This document shows, one piece after another, positions 1 to 13,330 of a DNA stretch of 64,000 nt. The notes under the pieces were generated by a model that had not been told where the DNA came from, made no database searches, and worked only from the letters and a program-made list of their open reading frames with translations. The position numbers and the translations under genes are program-made. How positions within the stretch are numbered: the first letter of the stretch is position 1; each line of letters starts with the position of its first letter. This stretch comes from Adineta vaga (taxonomy: Eukaryota; Animalia; Rotifera), in NCBI GenBank assembly GCA_021613535.1, contig CP075492.1, forward strand, positions 4,340,001 to 4,404,000, read 5' to 3'.

Positions 1-384
1 TGATGTGGAATGCATATCAATAACAAAAAACAAAGGATTAATACTCAAAAATATAAAGATTAATACGAAGTGATATCTTAATTTCATCTGTAATTCAACA
101 ATCCACACCTATTAATGTAAAAAAGCGAATGTGTGATAGCATTGATCTATTTTTATTTCAAGAAATCTTAAGGTGATATGAAGAGATTAATCTTTTCATC
201 AGTCAATCAATCAATCAATAGTATCAGCAATAAAATAGAAGTAAATGATCTGTTTTTTCTTTCATACTCTGCTCAATAGTCTTTTTTTATTAGTTCGTTA
301 ACAGACAGACAAAATAAGTAAATAAATTGAGTATATATGTTCTTTTATTTGATTGAGAATTAATATTGGTCGTTGTTGAACTTA

Positions 385-693
385 TCAACGAGTACGAATA
401 AGTGCAGGAAAAGCAATTGTGTATGCTGAACGACCACCATGATGAAATTTCGCCCATTTCTTTTCTATATCTCGTTTACCATGTACAATTTCATCATCCA
501 TCATATAATCATCACTATATTGAGGATTAATCCAATAATGATTGGAACCCAAACCAGCTCGTTCAAGAGAAATTATATCCGATAATCTGTTATTGTCTGA
601 TGCAAGATCTAATGATGATAAGGGTATTCCATTGATTGTATTTAGATAGATCAATGTTGTAAACATTAAGCATAAGTAAATATAAGTTGACAT
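385..693 (-). CDS. Secreted neuropeptide/prohormone-like precursor (102 aa)
   Basis: Hydrophobic N-terminal signal peptide, acidic spacer, and GKR, KK and GGR processing/amidation sites (IVHGKR-DIEKK-WAKFHHGGR-SAYTIAFPALIRTR). Single coding exon. Confidence 0.6.
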   Translation of the reverse strand: MSTYIYLCLMFTTLIYLNTINGIPLSSLDLASDNNRLSDIISLERAGLGSNHYWINPQYSDDYMMDDEIVHGKRDIEKKWAKFHHGGRSAYTIAFPALIRTR

Positions 694-1758
694 ACTTTTT
701 CTATCTATGTGTGTATGTTATCAAGATGTGTGAAATGTGAGAAATGAACGAACAGAGAGAAAGAGAGTGAGAGAGAGAGAAGGAAAACGAAGAAAATCAT
801 GTTTCCGCTTCATGTTAAATCGGACAGAGATACAAGAGAAAAAGAGCGGGGGAAGATACTTGAATTTTAATATGATGGTTATCTAAAAAGAAGAGAATGT
901 ACCGAATAGAAATAAGTTTTTAGTTAGTATAATCGAAAGAACAACATCTGAGTACAATCATCAATCTTGTTCATTGATTCATCAACAGACAAGCATAAAA
1001 AATCAACGAATTGGAAAATTAATCATTTCAAATTTTTGTTATTTTATCGACTCAAATTTCATCAGATTTTCTTCGAAACAAATAGACAGTAAAAGATATG
1101 TATATTCCAGATAATCTGTACGATATTATTAACTATGATTTTGTCTGAATAATTATTTTCTGTTCGAGAATTTATTGGCCTAGATTAATATATTCAATGC
1201 AGGAAAACATGTTGACATATTCAAAATATTAATAGAATGCTTAATGATGAATAGACTATTAACGTATTGACAATTTCTTTCTCTCTTTTTTTTTCGTGTT
1301 TTATAGGATGAACACGTCTGTTCGAAAAATTGGATTATTTTGATTCTATTTCAACAAATCTTTTGTTAAAAAGACAAACTCTATTTTGTCAATTAGCAAA
1401 CATCACGTAAACATCACGTAGATAGACAAAAGTTTCATTCAAAATAGTTATAGACAAATTTCGTCGATCAAAACCGATTAGTATAAGTGTTTGAATAGAT
1501 GTCACTGTTGAACTAGGTTACCAATATAGAGGTATCAATTAAACAGATAAATTGATTTTGTTCATTCTTAATTGTTTGACATGATATTAAACAATCAATT
1601 TCTAATGATTTTCATAGTGTAATTGAAAACTTCTTTGTTGCTAAGTAACTTAATGTAACAAGTAAAAGCAAATGGTAATAATGTTTAACAACAGACTTTC
1701 TGTTTAAAAATATGTAATCATTTGTATTCGAATCGAGTAACGATTCATATAGAGAACT

Positions 1759-4700
1759 ATGGCTGAAATTCTAATCGATTGGCTTAATGATGATGTTCAA
1801 TTATCAAAAAAAATCGGTAGAAAACTTCTTTTAAAAAAAAAGAAACATTTTCTTTACAAGTATTTATATAGAGTCCACTCAGAGTTTAGCCGGTAACTTT
1901 GCTACAGGTTATTTGGTCGGTGAAATTCTTTCCAAATATGGTTTACAACAAGATTTCCCTCAGTTTAGTACTAGCAAGTCAGTATAATCAAACAAAATTT
2001 CTTTTTCACATAGTTTAAAATTGATTTTCTTCTATATAGCAATTCGATATCTCAGTTGAATAATTTCACTCGAATAGAACGTACACTTCATTTACTTGGA
2101 ATTCCATTTAATACGAATGATGCTCGAAAAATCATGACAATGGAAAAGGGAGCCATTCAACAACTTCTCTATCAATTGTATACATCTCTAAATCGAAAAA
2201 AGAAACGAAACTTAACGGGAACAGCAATGGAAACAATGAAAGCACCAGCAACAAAAATTTTAGGTCAAGTCGAATCACAACAATATGATAATGTTCGGTT
2301 TTAACGTTGAGAATTTTTCATTAATTCATATTTATTCTTTGTTTAGTTAATTAAAAAAAGAACAGCACGACAATGTGATCTTAGTTTACAAGAACTTATC
2401 GATAAACATGAACGATTTAAACAACGTCAAGATGAAATTATCAATAAACAGATGTAAACAATCCTATTTAATTATAAATAAATTACTTTTAACGAAAATT
2501 TTCTTTTTCTATTTAATAGAAATGATGCTGATGAAGAAAAACGACAAGAATTTGAATCAAAACGACAGTATCTTCTCAATCGTTCCAAAGAAAAACGTGC
2601 AAAAGATGCAGAAATAACAGCTAGAATCAAGTAAATAATCGAGTATTTGTTTTTTTTGCCTTTTTTTGATACGAATATTATCAATCGAACTATATTTTGA
2701 TAAAAAAAAACCCACACATTTCCCATTAGATCACAGCAACAAGATCTCGGTTATGAGCTCGAAATCGAGCCAATGCCGTAAGTTTATTCGTATACTTTCA
2801 TATATGCATGTTTCTTTCCATTGTTATTCATATTGATTATCGATATTATATTCTATTGCTTTGCATGCTACTATTTATATTTGAAGATTTGTTTGAAGTA
2901 ATAAACTATTTCATTGTCATGTTTTTAGAGCAAGTGTAGTAATGATTCCAAAGACTCCACCATTGTTTACAAAACAAGCAATGGAAAAACGACGAAGAAT
3001 GAGAAAAGAAACAGAAATGCAGGTTTGATTGAAGAAAACTTAATAGATTAAATTTGAGTAATTGTTGAAATTATGATGTTTAGGATACAATGAATGAAAT
3101 TCGTCGATTTGAAAAACGTGTTTTACAACATTCAGAATATGATGATGATGAAGGTTTTGATGAAAATACTACTGGGTAGGAATTCTTCGAAGGAAATTTC
3201 CTTTTCCAAATATTTGTTTGTAGAGATTCAATGAATATATCCGACATGGAATTATCATCACCTTATGAACAAGATACGAAAGATTCTCTTGGTAAACTAG
3301 GTACAACAGGTTCACGTGAATTAGTTCCATATATCAGACAATTACAACCCGGCCAAGTTGATCCATATATTCTTGAGATTCGACGACGCCTTCAAGAAGA
3401 TGTTCATGCTCGACGTGAACGAGAAAAACGACGTCGAAAAGTTTTAGTTGATCAACTTCGCGCACTTGAAGCTATTGAAGTAAGAATCGATCGATCTTGA
3501 AAATAATATCAAAATGTTTGTGTTTGTCTGTTTTTTTTTTCAAAACAAAAGGATTCAAAACGTGAAGAATCACTTGTTAGTCATTTACTTCGTCAATCTC
3601 AATTTGAACGACGTCTTGCAGTTGAATTACTTCAAACTCGTCATGAAAAAGATGTTTTACGTCAAAATCGTATTTCCTATGAAAAACAATTAGAAGTTCG
3701 TCGACGACAAGATTTTATTGAAGCAATGGACCGTGAAGCAGTGAGTAACTTTCTTTTCCATGAAAAATTTCGATTGAAAAAAGAATCTTTCAGGAATTAG
3801 CACGATTAACGCGACTTGAATATGCTGAACAAATACAAAGAGATAAAGAATTACATGATATTCTTCAAGCAGAAAAAGCACAAGCAATACATAAAGATAA
3901 TGTAGATTTCTGTATACATGTTACTTGGCAATTAGTTGATTTTGCATTAAAAGTCGGAGAATATCGACAATTAACCGAAAAGTAATTCGTTCATTTTTTG
4001 AAATAAATCGTTCATTTTATGTAATATTAGTTTAATACCACCCAAAGTCTGGCGTGAATGGAACGCTCTATTTATTGGTGATCGACCATTATTCGATGAT
4101 GAAGAACGTTTTACTGAAGAACAACTAGCTGAAATAAAACGACAAAATGAAAAACTTCATGCTCAAACTGTTCTACAAGAAGAAAGTTTGAAAATTTTAG
4201 ATGAAGGTGATTTTAATGAATATAGAAATATGATCGGCGAATGGGAACCACCGGCGGGTAGTCAAAGTGCAATAGTAATTACACATGTACCACCTTTTGA
4301 TAATCCTATTTTTGGTTATATTATCAATCGATTATATCAACTTATACATCCAACTCTGGTATGTTATTTTCAATAGATTTCAAATTAAATTTTTAGAAAA
4401 ATATAAATCTTTTAGGAAAAACGTTCATTACCATTATTTCCAGCATTTGGATTGAAAATTCTTGTCTTAGGAAAATCCTTTGCTGGCAAATCGACCGTAC
4501 TTAGACGATATAGTGAAGGTAACTGTTCAGCAGAAGAAAAGTTAACTGTCTAAATATATATATATATATATTTCTTCATTTATTGTAGAAACTGGTGTGA
4601 CAATCATCAATATCGAACAAGTATTTCATGAAGCAGTAGAAGCATTCAATAACAACGAAATGAATGAAGACTATGATGATGATGATGAAAATACTGAGAT

Positions 4701-7700
4701 GGATGCTTCAATTAAGATTGATCATAATGATGCACCTGTTTCGAAAGAAAACATTTCTGTTAATCAATCAGGTAATGTTGATTTACAGTATTACTCATTT
4801 AATAAATCTTGAAAATGAAGATATTTTTAATATATTCAAAAATTCAAACGATAAGACGAATTTTTCATCTTGTGTACAAACATTCACTACTAATCATCAT
4901 CATCAATTAAATACAAATAATAATGCGAGAAAAAAGAAAAAACGTCGTAAAATTAAGAAGAAAACTTCTGTCTTAGTTCATATTTTATCAAATATTTCTT
5001 TCTCAGGTCTTTCTTCAATGCTATTTTTGCTCATTTATTTATATTTTATCGTATTGTTTTTTTGTTTATCGCATTTGAATGTTTCGTTTTATTCAGATGC
5101 TACTACTAATGAACATCCATCAGCACCTCCGCCAACACTTGATGATCTTACCGATGTTACACGTACTGACCGATCAAATAATCTACGAGAAAAAACAAAC
5201 AAAGTACTAAGAAATCCATTTGTTTTGTTGAAATATAATTCTTATCAAAATCTTTAGTTAAGTGATCGTGCAAAACTTGGTTCAATTATTCTTCAATCCA
5301 TGAAATTAGGTGAAGCACTCAGCGATCGTATGGCTGTAGAATTGATTGTCGAACGTCTTCGGTATGAGAATGAAGATTTCTATGAATTGATTTTATTTTG
5401 TAAATTTTTACACAGACGAGTTCCAGAAGATGAAGGTTGGATTATTGATGGATTTCCAACAACATACGAACAAGTGAAATTACTTGAAAATGCACTATCC
5501 AATTATGAAGAAGAAAAACCGAAAGAATTCGATCCACTTTTAGCACCTAATCCACGTCCTCCACCACCATCAGAACCCTATAAATCTGCTATTGATCTCG
5601 TCGTTCTTTTCCATGTATCAAATAGTATTGTGATTCGACGTGGTGCTGGTCGTTCATGTAAAAAGACTTTCTCTGAATTCACTTTCAATCACTCATCATT
5701 TCTTATTCTAGTTGCACCATTGGCAAATCAAGAATTTCATGAACAATATAATCCACCACCAGGTGGTTCAGCAACAGGATTCAATGGACAAGAACAAGTT
5801 TTTCCTACGAAAGATGCTGCAAATGATATGGAACAATTACAACATCGTATAACACAATTTCAGGAATCATATCCTCGAATCGAAAAATTCTATTCTCAAT
5901 ATTCGAAAATTGCTGTTGTCGATGAAACAAAAGTCGATCCGCCCATCGATGAAGAACAATTATATCATGAATTTACTCGAGCAATTGAAACACATATTGA
6001 TGAAGAACAAGCGAAAATAAGAAAGGCAGAAGAAGATAGAGAACGAGCTGAACAAGAACGTCTAATCCGTGAACAAGAAGAATCAGAAGCGAAACGAAAA
6101 GCTGAAGAAGAAGATGCAATCAAAGCACAACAAGCGGCAGAAGCGGTAAATGCCATTTATTTATATTTCATATTGAATTTTGTGATCCTGCGTTTTAGGC
6201 AGCGGCAGTGGCTGCTGAACGTGCTGCCCGTGAAGCTGCCGAAGCTGGTAGGTCATCTTTCTTTATGTTTTACTCTCTTAAGAACTTCATATGTGCTTTC
6301 ATTAATCATAATACGCAATTTTAGACAGTATTAATTTGAAGAAGAAAAGGAAGAAGAGTAGAAAAAAAACGTCTATTTGTGCAAAGAAATCTTCTCGAAG
6401 TGATTAGTTATTATTTATCCATTTGCATCTTTTGCGTTATTATTTTTCTTCGTTATTTCTCTAGCGATTGATCTAATTATCTTTTTCTTTGTTAATCTTT
6501 TAGAAGCAGCAGCTAAGAAAGGTAAAAAGGGTGCCAAAAAAGATCAATCACCGGGTGCTAGTGCTGGAAAGAAGGGTGGCAAAGGCAAAAAAGGTAGATT
6601 GTATTTGTTTACTTGACATTTTATTTATTTTGATGTTATTTTAGGAGAAGAACCACCACCAGTGGTTGAAGCTCCACCAGCTGAACCGCAAGGTCCACCT
6701 CCACCAAAACCTGGTACCGAAGAATGGGTTTATGTCCAAGAACCTATCGATTCTGTAAGAACGAGACTTAGTTATTTAGTGATAATTATAGACTTATTTT
6801 TAGGAAATTGCTGCTATACTTTCGAATTATTACGGTGCCGTTGAGATTAATTATGTAGATTCATGTAAAATTGTCTTCCGTAATATTCGTTTTGAACGTT
6901 CTTATTTAATCGATCATTTCTACGATGTCAAAGTTAATTTTAAAGTATTTATCAATCGACCAGACACGAAACAAGAATATGTTGATGTTTTTGTCAAAGT
7001 AAGTCAATCTATTTGTTAAAACGAAAAAAAGAATAAACACAATATTTCTGTTATTGAATAGGAATTTAATGCTCTACCAGAAGATGCTCGGGATGATGAT
7101 GAATTTAAACAAGAACTTCATCAACGCGTAGAAGATTTAAGCGATACTCTACATGATATTGCTACACAACGAAAAGATGAAGCAGAAAAAGAACGCGATG
7201 CCATTGTGAATGATGGATGGGTTCCAGATCATCTTGGTCTTCTAACAAATCATTATATTACATTGATGCAGGTGAGTGACTCGTTTTTATTCTTCTTCCG
7301 AACGATAACAATAATTTGTTTTTATTCATATAGAGTGAAATAGATCGATATCAAGATGCTTTACGTATGCTTCGTGATTATTATAAATCAATGCAACAAC
7401 CCATTCCTGATGAAATGAAACAAGAATATGCTCGTTTACCTCTCTTTGAATTGATGGATGCCGAACAACGTCCACCTTCCGTAGCCGAAAGTCTTGTTGA
7501 TTACGATTCATCAAAAGCACCTATATCACCAGGTGGAAATGCTGATGATGCAGCATCTCAAGCTGATACACCTAAAAAAGGTAAACGTACTGCATCAGCA
7601 AGTAAAAATAGTAAGAGAACACCATCACCGCCAAAGTCACCAAAAGGTGGAAAGAAAGGAGCGAGTAAGAAAGAAAAAGAAGCACAACCATCAGTAGATA

Positions 7701-10221
7701 CAACTGCACAAGCATCTAAACAAGATCCTTCATCGAAAAGTCTTAAACCTAAGTAAGAAAAACTGAATAGTATATTGAATTCTATATGAATCTTCTGTAG
7801 ATTACCATTAGTACCTCGCCGACCTCTAACAGCATTCGAACCACCAGAGCCTAAGAAACGTCCAAATCAAGCTGCTGCAGCTAAGAAACGTTTAGAAGAA
7901 GCAAATACAGGTGAACCATCACCTGCACCACCAGAAGATATTGATGAACGATTAGTCTTTGATGCACATCGTTTGGCTAATCAATATGTAAATGAAATGG
8001 TGAGTGTTGTTTTTTTTTCTTTTATTCAATTTTATTATGATAATAATCTATTTTGTCATTATAGCAAACGAGTGAACAAGCTAGTATTGATATAGATCCA
8101 ACAGCAACAGCAGCTGCAGGTGCGACTGCTGCTCCCGGTGGCAAAGATGCTAAGGGTGGCAAGGATGCTAAAGGTGGTAAAGATGCTAAAGGTGATAAGA
8201 AAGGAGCCAGTGGAAAAGGTTCTGCAGGAAAGAGTGGTAAAAAAGGAAAGAAAACAGAAGAAGCACCTGTAGAACGTATGTATTAATAATAAGTTGCATA
8301 TATATTTATTACAATCTAATTCGTATGATGTTCTGTTTAGAAGTCGTGGTATTAACACCTGAGGAATTAGTTAAACAACAATTGAAAGCAAAGATAAAAG
8401 AAGAATATTTGGCTGCACTTGGTCATGAAGGTATATCTTTTGATTGAAAAGATTTGATTGACACGAATTTATTCTAATTAGTACGAATTTGTCAAGCTCG
8501 TTTAATACTCATACGTGATATTGCTACTCGAGCAATTGTTGGTTTGAAAAGTAAAGCTGATGAAACATATACACGTATGTATGAATGGCTTGGTGAGAAA
8601 TATAAGCAAGAAACAGAAAGTATTGAAAATATGGCTAAAATTATTCGATATGCTATTGAATCAAAAGAAAAAATTGAACAACAACTTGTTCTTGATCGAT
8701 ATTCATTCTATATTGCTGAGGTACTCCGCAAGAAAAGATTCTTTTCAATAATAAAGATCATAATGAATGATTTATTAATAGGATGTTGTTGTTGCTCCAC
8801 CACCAGTACCTCCTCCACGGCCATCACCTTTGGAAATTCCAGCAGCTGAACAATTTACTATTGATCAATTGAGAGATCTATTTAAACAAGTTAGAGCATT
8901 GAAATTGTATAAAATAAGATACATAACATGTGAAATCATATTTTTAGTTCTCTTTAACGGCACCAAGTGGCGTCCTTTCGACTCGAACATTTATTGATTT
9001 ATATGCAGATTTGATATCAGTCACGGTTGGAAAACGGCCATTACCTGAAGCATGGACTAGTTTAGATCAAGTTCAGGTACAATCCATAATAGTAATAGAA
9101 TTTCATATAATTAATTTTCAATTATTTAGATTGAATTGTTAGCAACAATGCTTTCAAATGGTGCTGAATTTATTAATTGGCGTTTATGGCTCTTATTTGC
9201 TTCTCAACCATGGCCATATCCTACTCAACAAGATTTGCTCAATCTATTCTTTACCTATGCTGATTATGATACTAATCGAACAGGTTACATTTCTCGTTCA
9301 ACTTATAATGAAGTATATTTGACTAATGATTGTCTTTTCTCTACATTTACTATAATATCTTTTATTAGATTCCACTTTGGTTTTCAATTGAACGTCCACC
9401 AACACCCGATGATCCATCGCAACCACGTCCATACGACCGTGAATATCATTTGAAACAATTCTGGTTTGATTTATTTGCAATTGATGAACGTGGAACAGCG
9501 TTACCATACGAAGATATGCTTTTTTATATGGCTGCTGTTCCTAATCCATTACATGGTTTCTGTCGAGCATTAGCGGTAGCAGAACGAACACCAATGCCAA
9601 CATTAAAAGATCAATTACCACGTGTGGAAATGCATTGTAACGTATTGAATACTCCCGAATATGAACGTTTATTAGAAAAAGAACGTGAACAAGCTCAACA
9701 AAATGAAATCGAAACATCAGATGATGCATTCATTTCCATCGATGGATTACATCAAGTAAGTTTAAGTTAATTTATATTTCATCACGCATGATTTGTTGTA
9801 ACTTATTAGATTTTGCATCACGGTGAACGAAAGTTTGGTGATACACATCGATTTGCTACAACTGAAGATCCAGAAGATTTTGCTTCTAAAGTAAAATGGA
9901 GTTTCTTATTCGTATTATTTCTTATGTATACATGAATTATTCTAGGAACGTCTGTATGCCGTTTGGGAAGAAATGGAAGTGGATCGTTCTTCGAAAATTC
10001 TTCTTTCTGCTTTACTCAATCATCCGATCATTGCAGATATGGTTGCAAATTGCTGCAAATATCGAGCACCGGTACCAACCACTTTTTTGCTTAAATTAAG
10101 ATTTTTCATTCTTTTCCTGTTTTAATAGGATTTCAAACAGGTTCTTCACATAAAACAAGCGGATGAAGTATCAGGTACAGATTCACATGGTCATCGTACA
10201 CCCGAGCAAGTACCTAGTTAA
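1759..10221 (+). CDS. SPEF2: Sperm flagellar protein 2 (ciliary central-pair protein), multi-exon
   Basis: N-terminus MAEILIDWLNDDVQLSKK..FATGYLVGEILSKY..LNNFTRIERTLHLLGIPF..LLYQLY matches the SPEF2 CH-like domain. Also coiled coil, adenylate-kinase-like segments (LGKSFAGKS, GWIIDGFPTTYEQ) and a C-terminal EF-hand-like region (DYDTNRTGYIS). Spliced by eye through GT-AG introns; stop TAA 10219-10221. Confidence 0.9.
8138..8202 (+). repeat. Coding tandem repeat (GGKDAK)x3 in SPEF2
   Basis: Three 18-nt units ggtggcaaagatgctaag / ggtggcaaggatgctaaa / ggtggtaaagatgctaaa plus a partial fourth. Confidence 0.8.
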
Positions 10222-10499
10222 TTAATGGTAAATTCTACGTTTGTCAAAATAAAAAGGACTATTTTTACTTAATGTATTATCAGTTTTAAATGAAAAATAT
10301 AATATATCTATATATGAATATTCTATTCACTCCTAAGAATAATTTCATTTCAATACTATGTTTATTCAATAAATGCATTCATAATTACCTTTTGGATTTC
10401 ATACTACAGGGAAAAAAAGATGAAACTAATAGGAAATGTTCATTCTATGAGAAAAACTATTTCGAAGAAAGTTCAGGAATAAAATACGTAAATCATTCA

Positions 10500-11693
10500 T
10501 CACATCCATGTTGCTGCCATATTTGAAAACAAAACCAAAACTGCAAAGAAGGTAATAAGCCATGTTGAAATATTCAAGATTACACCTTTTGATCCGGATC
10601 CTGAATTCGATCCTGATCCTGATCCTGATCCTGATCCTGATGAGAATAAAGTTGCATAAGATGATTTTGTATAACTTGTCGCTGGATTTGTTGTACAATT
10701 TGGTTTAAAATCAGGATACGTTCCTGGTCCAAAACAACCAGTAAGATAAGGATAGGTCGATGTTGCAAAATAACCATAGTTACCAATCGAATCATAAAAC
10801 ATACCATTACAAATATCAAAACCTGATGTTACTTGAGCACCTGATGATAAATATGGACCATAAATAACATGACCATCTTTAGCAATACCAATTACTGTTA
10901 GTGTTCGATATGATGAAAATGTTTGAACTGAATATGTTGCTATACTATTTAAACATCCGATTTGCGGTGAACAATTTGTTAAATTACCCGATGGAGGATT
11001 CACCGTACATCCGCTTCCAATATGATAGTGCAATTCACCACCACCTCCTGGATGTGATAAACATTGATCTGCTCCTTCTGCTGCATAGCTAGATGGATTT
11101 GGATAGAATGGATCAACTTGATTCGCACTATTAACATTGAAAATGCTAACACCATCAACAGCTACACCGGCTATTACACTCATCGCCATACTGCTTTGAT
11201 ACATAACAAAACTGGATGCTGTTGGAACATCTGCATGATTTGAAATGTTGCATAAAAGTTTACTGAGTTCTCCAGCATTTGCTGGTGCTTTATTAGGTGA
11301 ATTGACACTTACATCAGGATTGAAATTCACTTCAAAATCTATATTCAATTCAGTAATTGGTGCAGTCAAGGGCACAAGGGAGCAACGTCGTGGTAGACCA
11401 TTGGATTGAATTCGAATACGTACTGTTGAACCATTAATACATGTTACAGCAAGTTTTTGTTGAAAAACACATACCCCATTAATCATGGAACCAGGACATG
11501 ATATATTACTCAATTGTGGACATGTCACATTAACACCTGGTGTCATTCGAATATTAGCAACTGGTCCATTAGTTGAAGTCCGAGCAAATTTAGAAGCTAT
11601 TTGCAAACAATCTTGATATGAGTTACTTGCTGTTCCTGAAGCTATTCCAACAATAGATAATAATAATAAAATATGTATTGATTGAAGCATCAT
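10500..11693 (-). CDS. Secreted Cys-rich YHYH-domain protein, probably GPI/membrane anchored (397 aa, intronless)
   Basis: Signal peptide; YHYH-family motifs SNGLP, GVAVDGVSIF, DQCLSHP..LHYH, IGIAKDGHVIYGPY, DICNG, YFATSTYPY..GCF; GS linker; hydrophobic C-terminus. Confidence 0.75.
   Translation of the reverse strand: MMLQSIHILLLLSIVGIASGTASNSYQDCLQIASKFARTSTNGPVANIRMTPGVNVTCPQLSNISCPGSMINGVCVFQQKLAVTCINGSTVRIRIQSNGLPRRCSLVPLTAPITELNIDFEVNFNPDVSVNSPNKAPANAGELSKLLCNISNHADVPTASSFVMYQSSMAMSVIAGVAVDGVSIFNVNSANQVDPFYPNPSSYAAEGADQCLSHPGGGGELHYHIGSGCTVNPPSGNLTNCSPQIGCLNSIATYSVQTFSSYRTLTVIGIAKDGHVIYGPYLSSGAQVTSGFDICNGMFYDSIGNYGYFATSTYPYLTGCFGPGTYPDFKPNCTTNPATSYTKSSYATLFSSGSGSGSGSGSNSGSGSKGVILNISTWLITFFAVLVLFSNMAATWM
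10591..10643 (-). repeat. Hexamer microsatellite (GATCCT)n encoding an SGSGSG linker
   Basis: gatccggatcctgaattcgatcctgatcctgatcctgatcctgatcctga read directly. Confidence 0.85.
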
Positions 11694-13330
11694 TTGTTGT
11701 ACTGTTTATTTACCTGGTTCGAAGTAGATCAGTCGATTGTTTTACTATTTATACTTGGTGAATACCTATCAAAACAACAATGAAAACAAAAATGTGTGAG
11801 TGGGTAAAGCAGGTTTGCATGCCAAAATACGGGCACAATAAGATGAAAAGCGTGCTTTTTTCCACTTGTTGTGAATCTCTTTTTACTATTCTGTAGAATT
11901 ATGTCAGCGCTCATTATTATATTTGCGACATACATTTTTTTCGTATTGACATTTGGCGAATTTGTTTTCGTTCCTTCTTACAGATTACGCTTCCTTTTGC
12001 TTCATTGTTCGATCAGTGTATACTTGAAAAAATTGTAGATTGATTGTTGGCGGTGAGTTGTTGTTTTTACTTATACTTTTTGTAAAATATTAACGAAATT
12101 TCAGAGACTCGATAGTGATACACTTATTCAACTGTTTTAAGAAGAATCTCACTACGACTGTGAATTCAGTAGTATATTTATATTGTTCTTCGAGTTGAAT
12201 TCTACTACGATATATGTTGTCAAATGTAAGGTGTGAAGAGTCAAACGAAGTAATCATAGAGTACTTATGAATATATAGGAAAATACTCAAATACATGCAG
12301 ACTTCTGCTAGGGTATAAATTACTGAGTTAGTGTATTTCGTCTTTTATAAATAAAACTATATAGTGAAGAACACGATTAGTGCTCGACACAAATTGAACG
12401 CTAACATTATCTAAGTAGGAGACCGTCAGCAAATGAGGTCATTATGGCAACACTGCATAAACTTACTTTATTTTATAGTTCGATAGCTAGAGAAGGCATT
12501 CGTAGCTGGTAACGACTTTACGAGTTACACATGTATGAATACAACCATTGTTAGATTGATTATCACAAACTAGAGATCTAAATTACATGATTGTTTGATT
12601 ATACACCATGTACTCTAACATTTTCAGATTTCTATCAAAACGGTCATCATCCTTGCCAACATATATTCTTGAACATGATATTTCATCAGATGCCAGTATG
12701 TCACCAAAAAACAATGCCAACAATTGGTTTGCGAGTCACCTGACAGAAGATGACGTACATCTTTCAACATTTTCCTTAGAAAAGGATGGCAAAGATCAAA
12801 TTCAATGTTTCATATGAGTGATCTCTTCACTTCACACCCATCATTGCCGTTATTATGCAGATATCTTCTTGTATCGTGATACATTTCAACAACATTAGTC
12901 GAAAAGTATGTTTTGGAACTTAAAAGATTTGGTTTCTGAAAATCGAATTATGAATTAGATAATGAAACAACCGAAAGATCATTCGATGAAAAATTAGTTA
13001 TCAGCACATAGTTCATATCTTTCAATATCAAGAGTCTGTTTGTTTTATTTATTCTTCTCAGTTTTGTTTTCAAAGTAACATAGTAGAAAAGAAACGAAAA
13101 AACTGAAATATCTTCAGCTACTAGTTCATCTCAAATAAAGAAAGAAAACACACACACACAATCATGATAATAATAATAACATAAGCAAAGAAAAGATGAA
13201 ATCTTTCATAGAATTCAACTGTGTAGATACTTGGATGACAAGAAGAAAATCAACCAAACAATATAAAAACAAACAACAAGAACATTTTCCTTTCAAAAAC
13301 TGGATAAATATACTATTTTGTATTTTGTTT

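Noticed and set aside
1759-10221. A 'sperm' gene as evidence of cryptic sex in a presumed asexual
   Set aside because: SPEF2 is a general motile-cilia component, so its retention is expected.
10426-10819. ORFs with RIRIRI and DQDQDQ repeats
   Set aside because: Alternative frames of the (GATCCT)n GS-linker repeat inside the YHYH gene.
12608-12900. 69-aa ORF or coding-like patch between YHYH and piwi
   Set aside because: No recognisable motif and stops in all extended frames; at best an unidentifiable relic.
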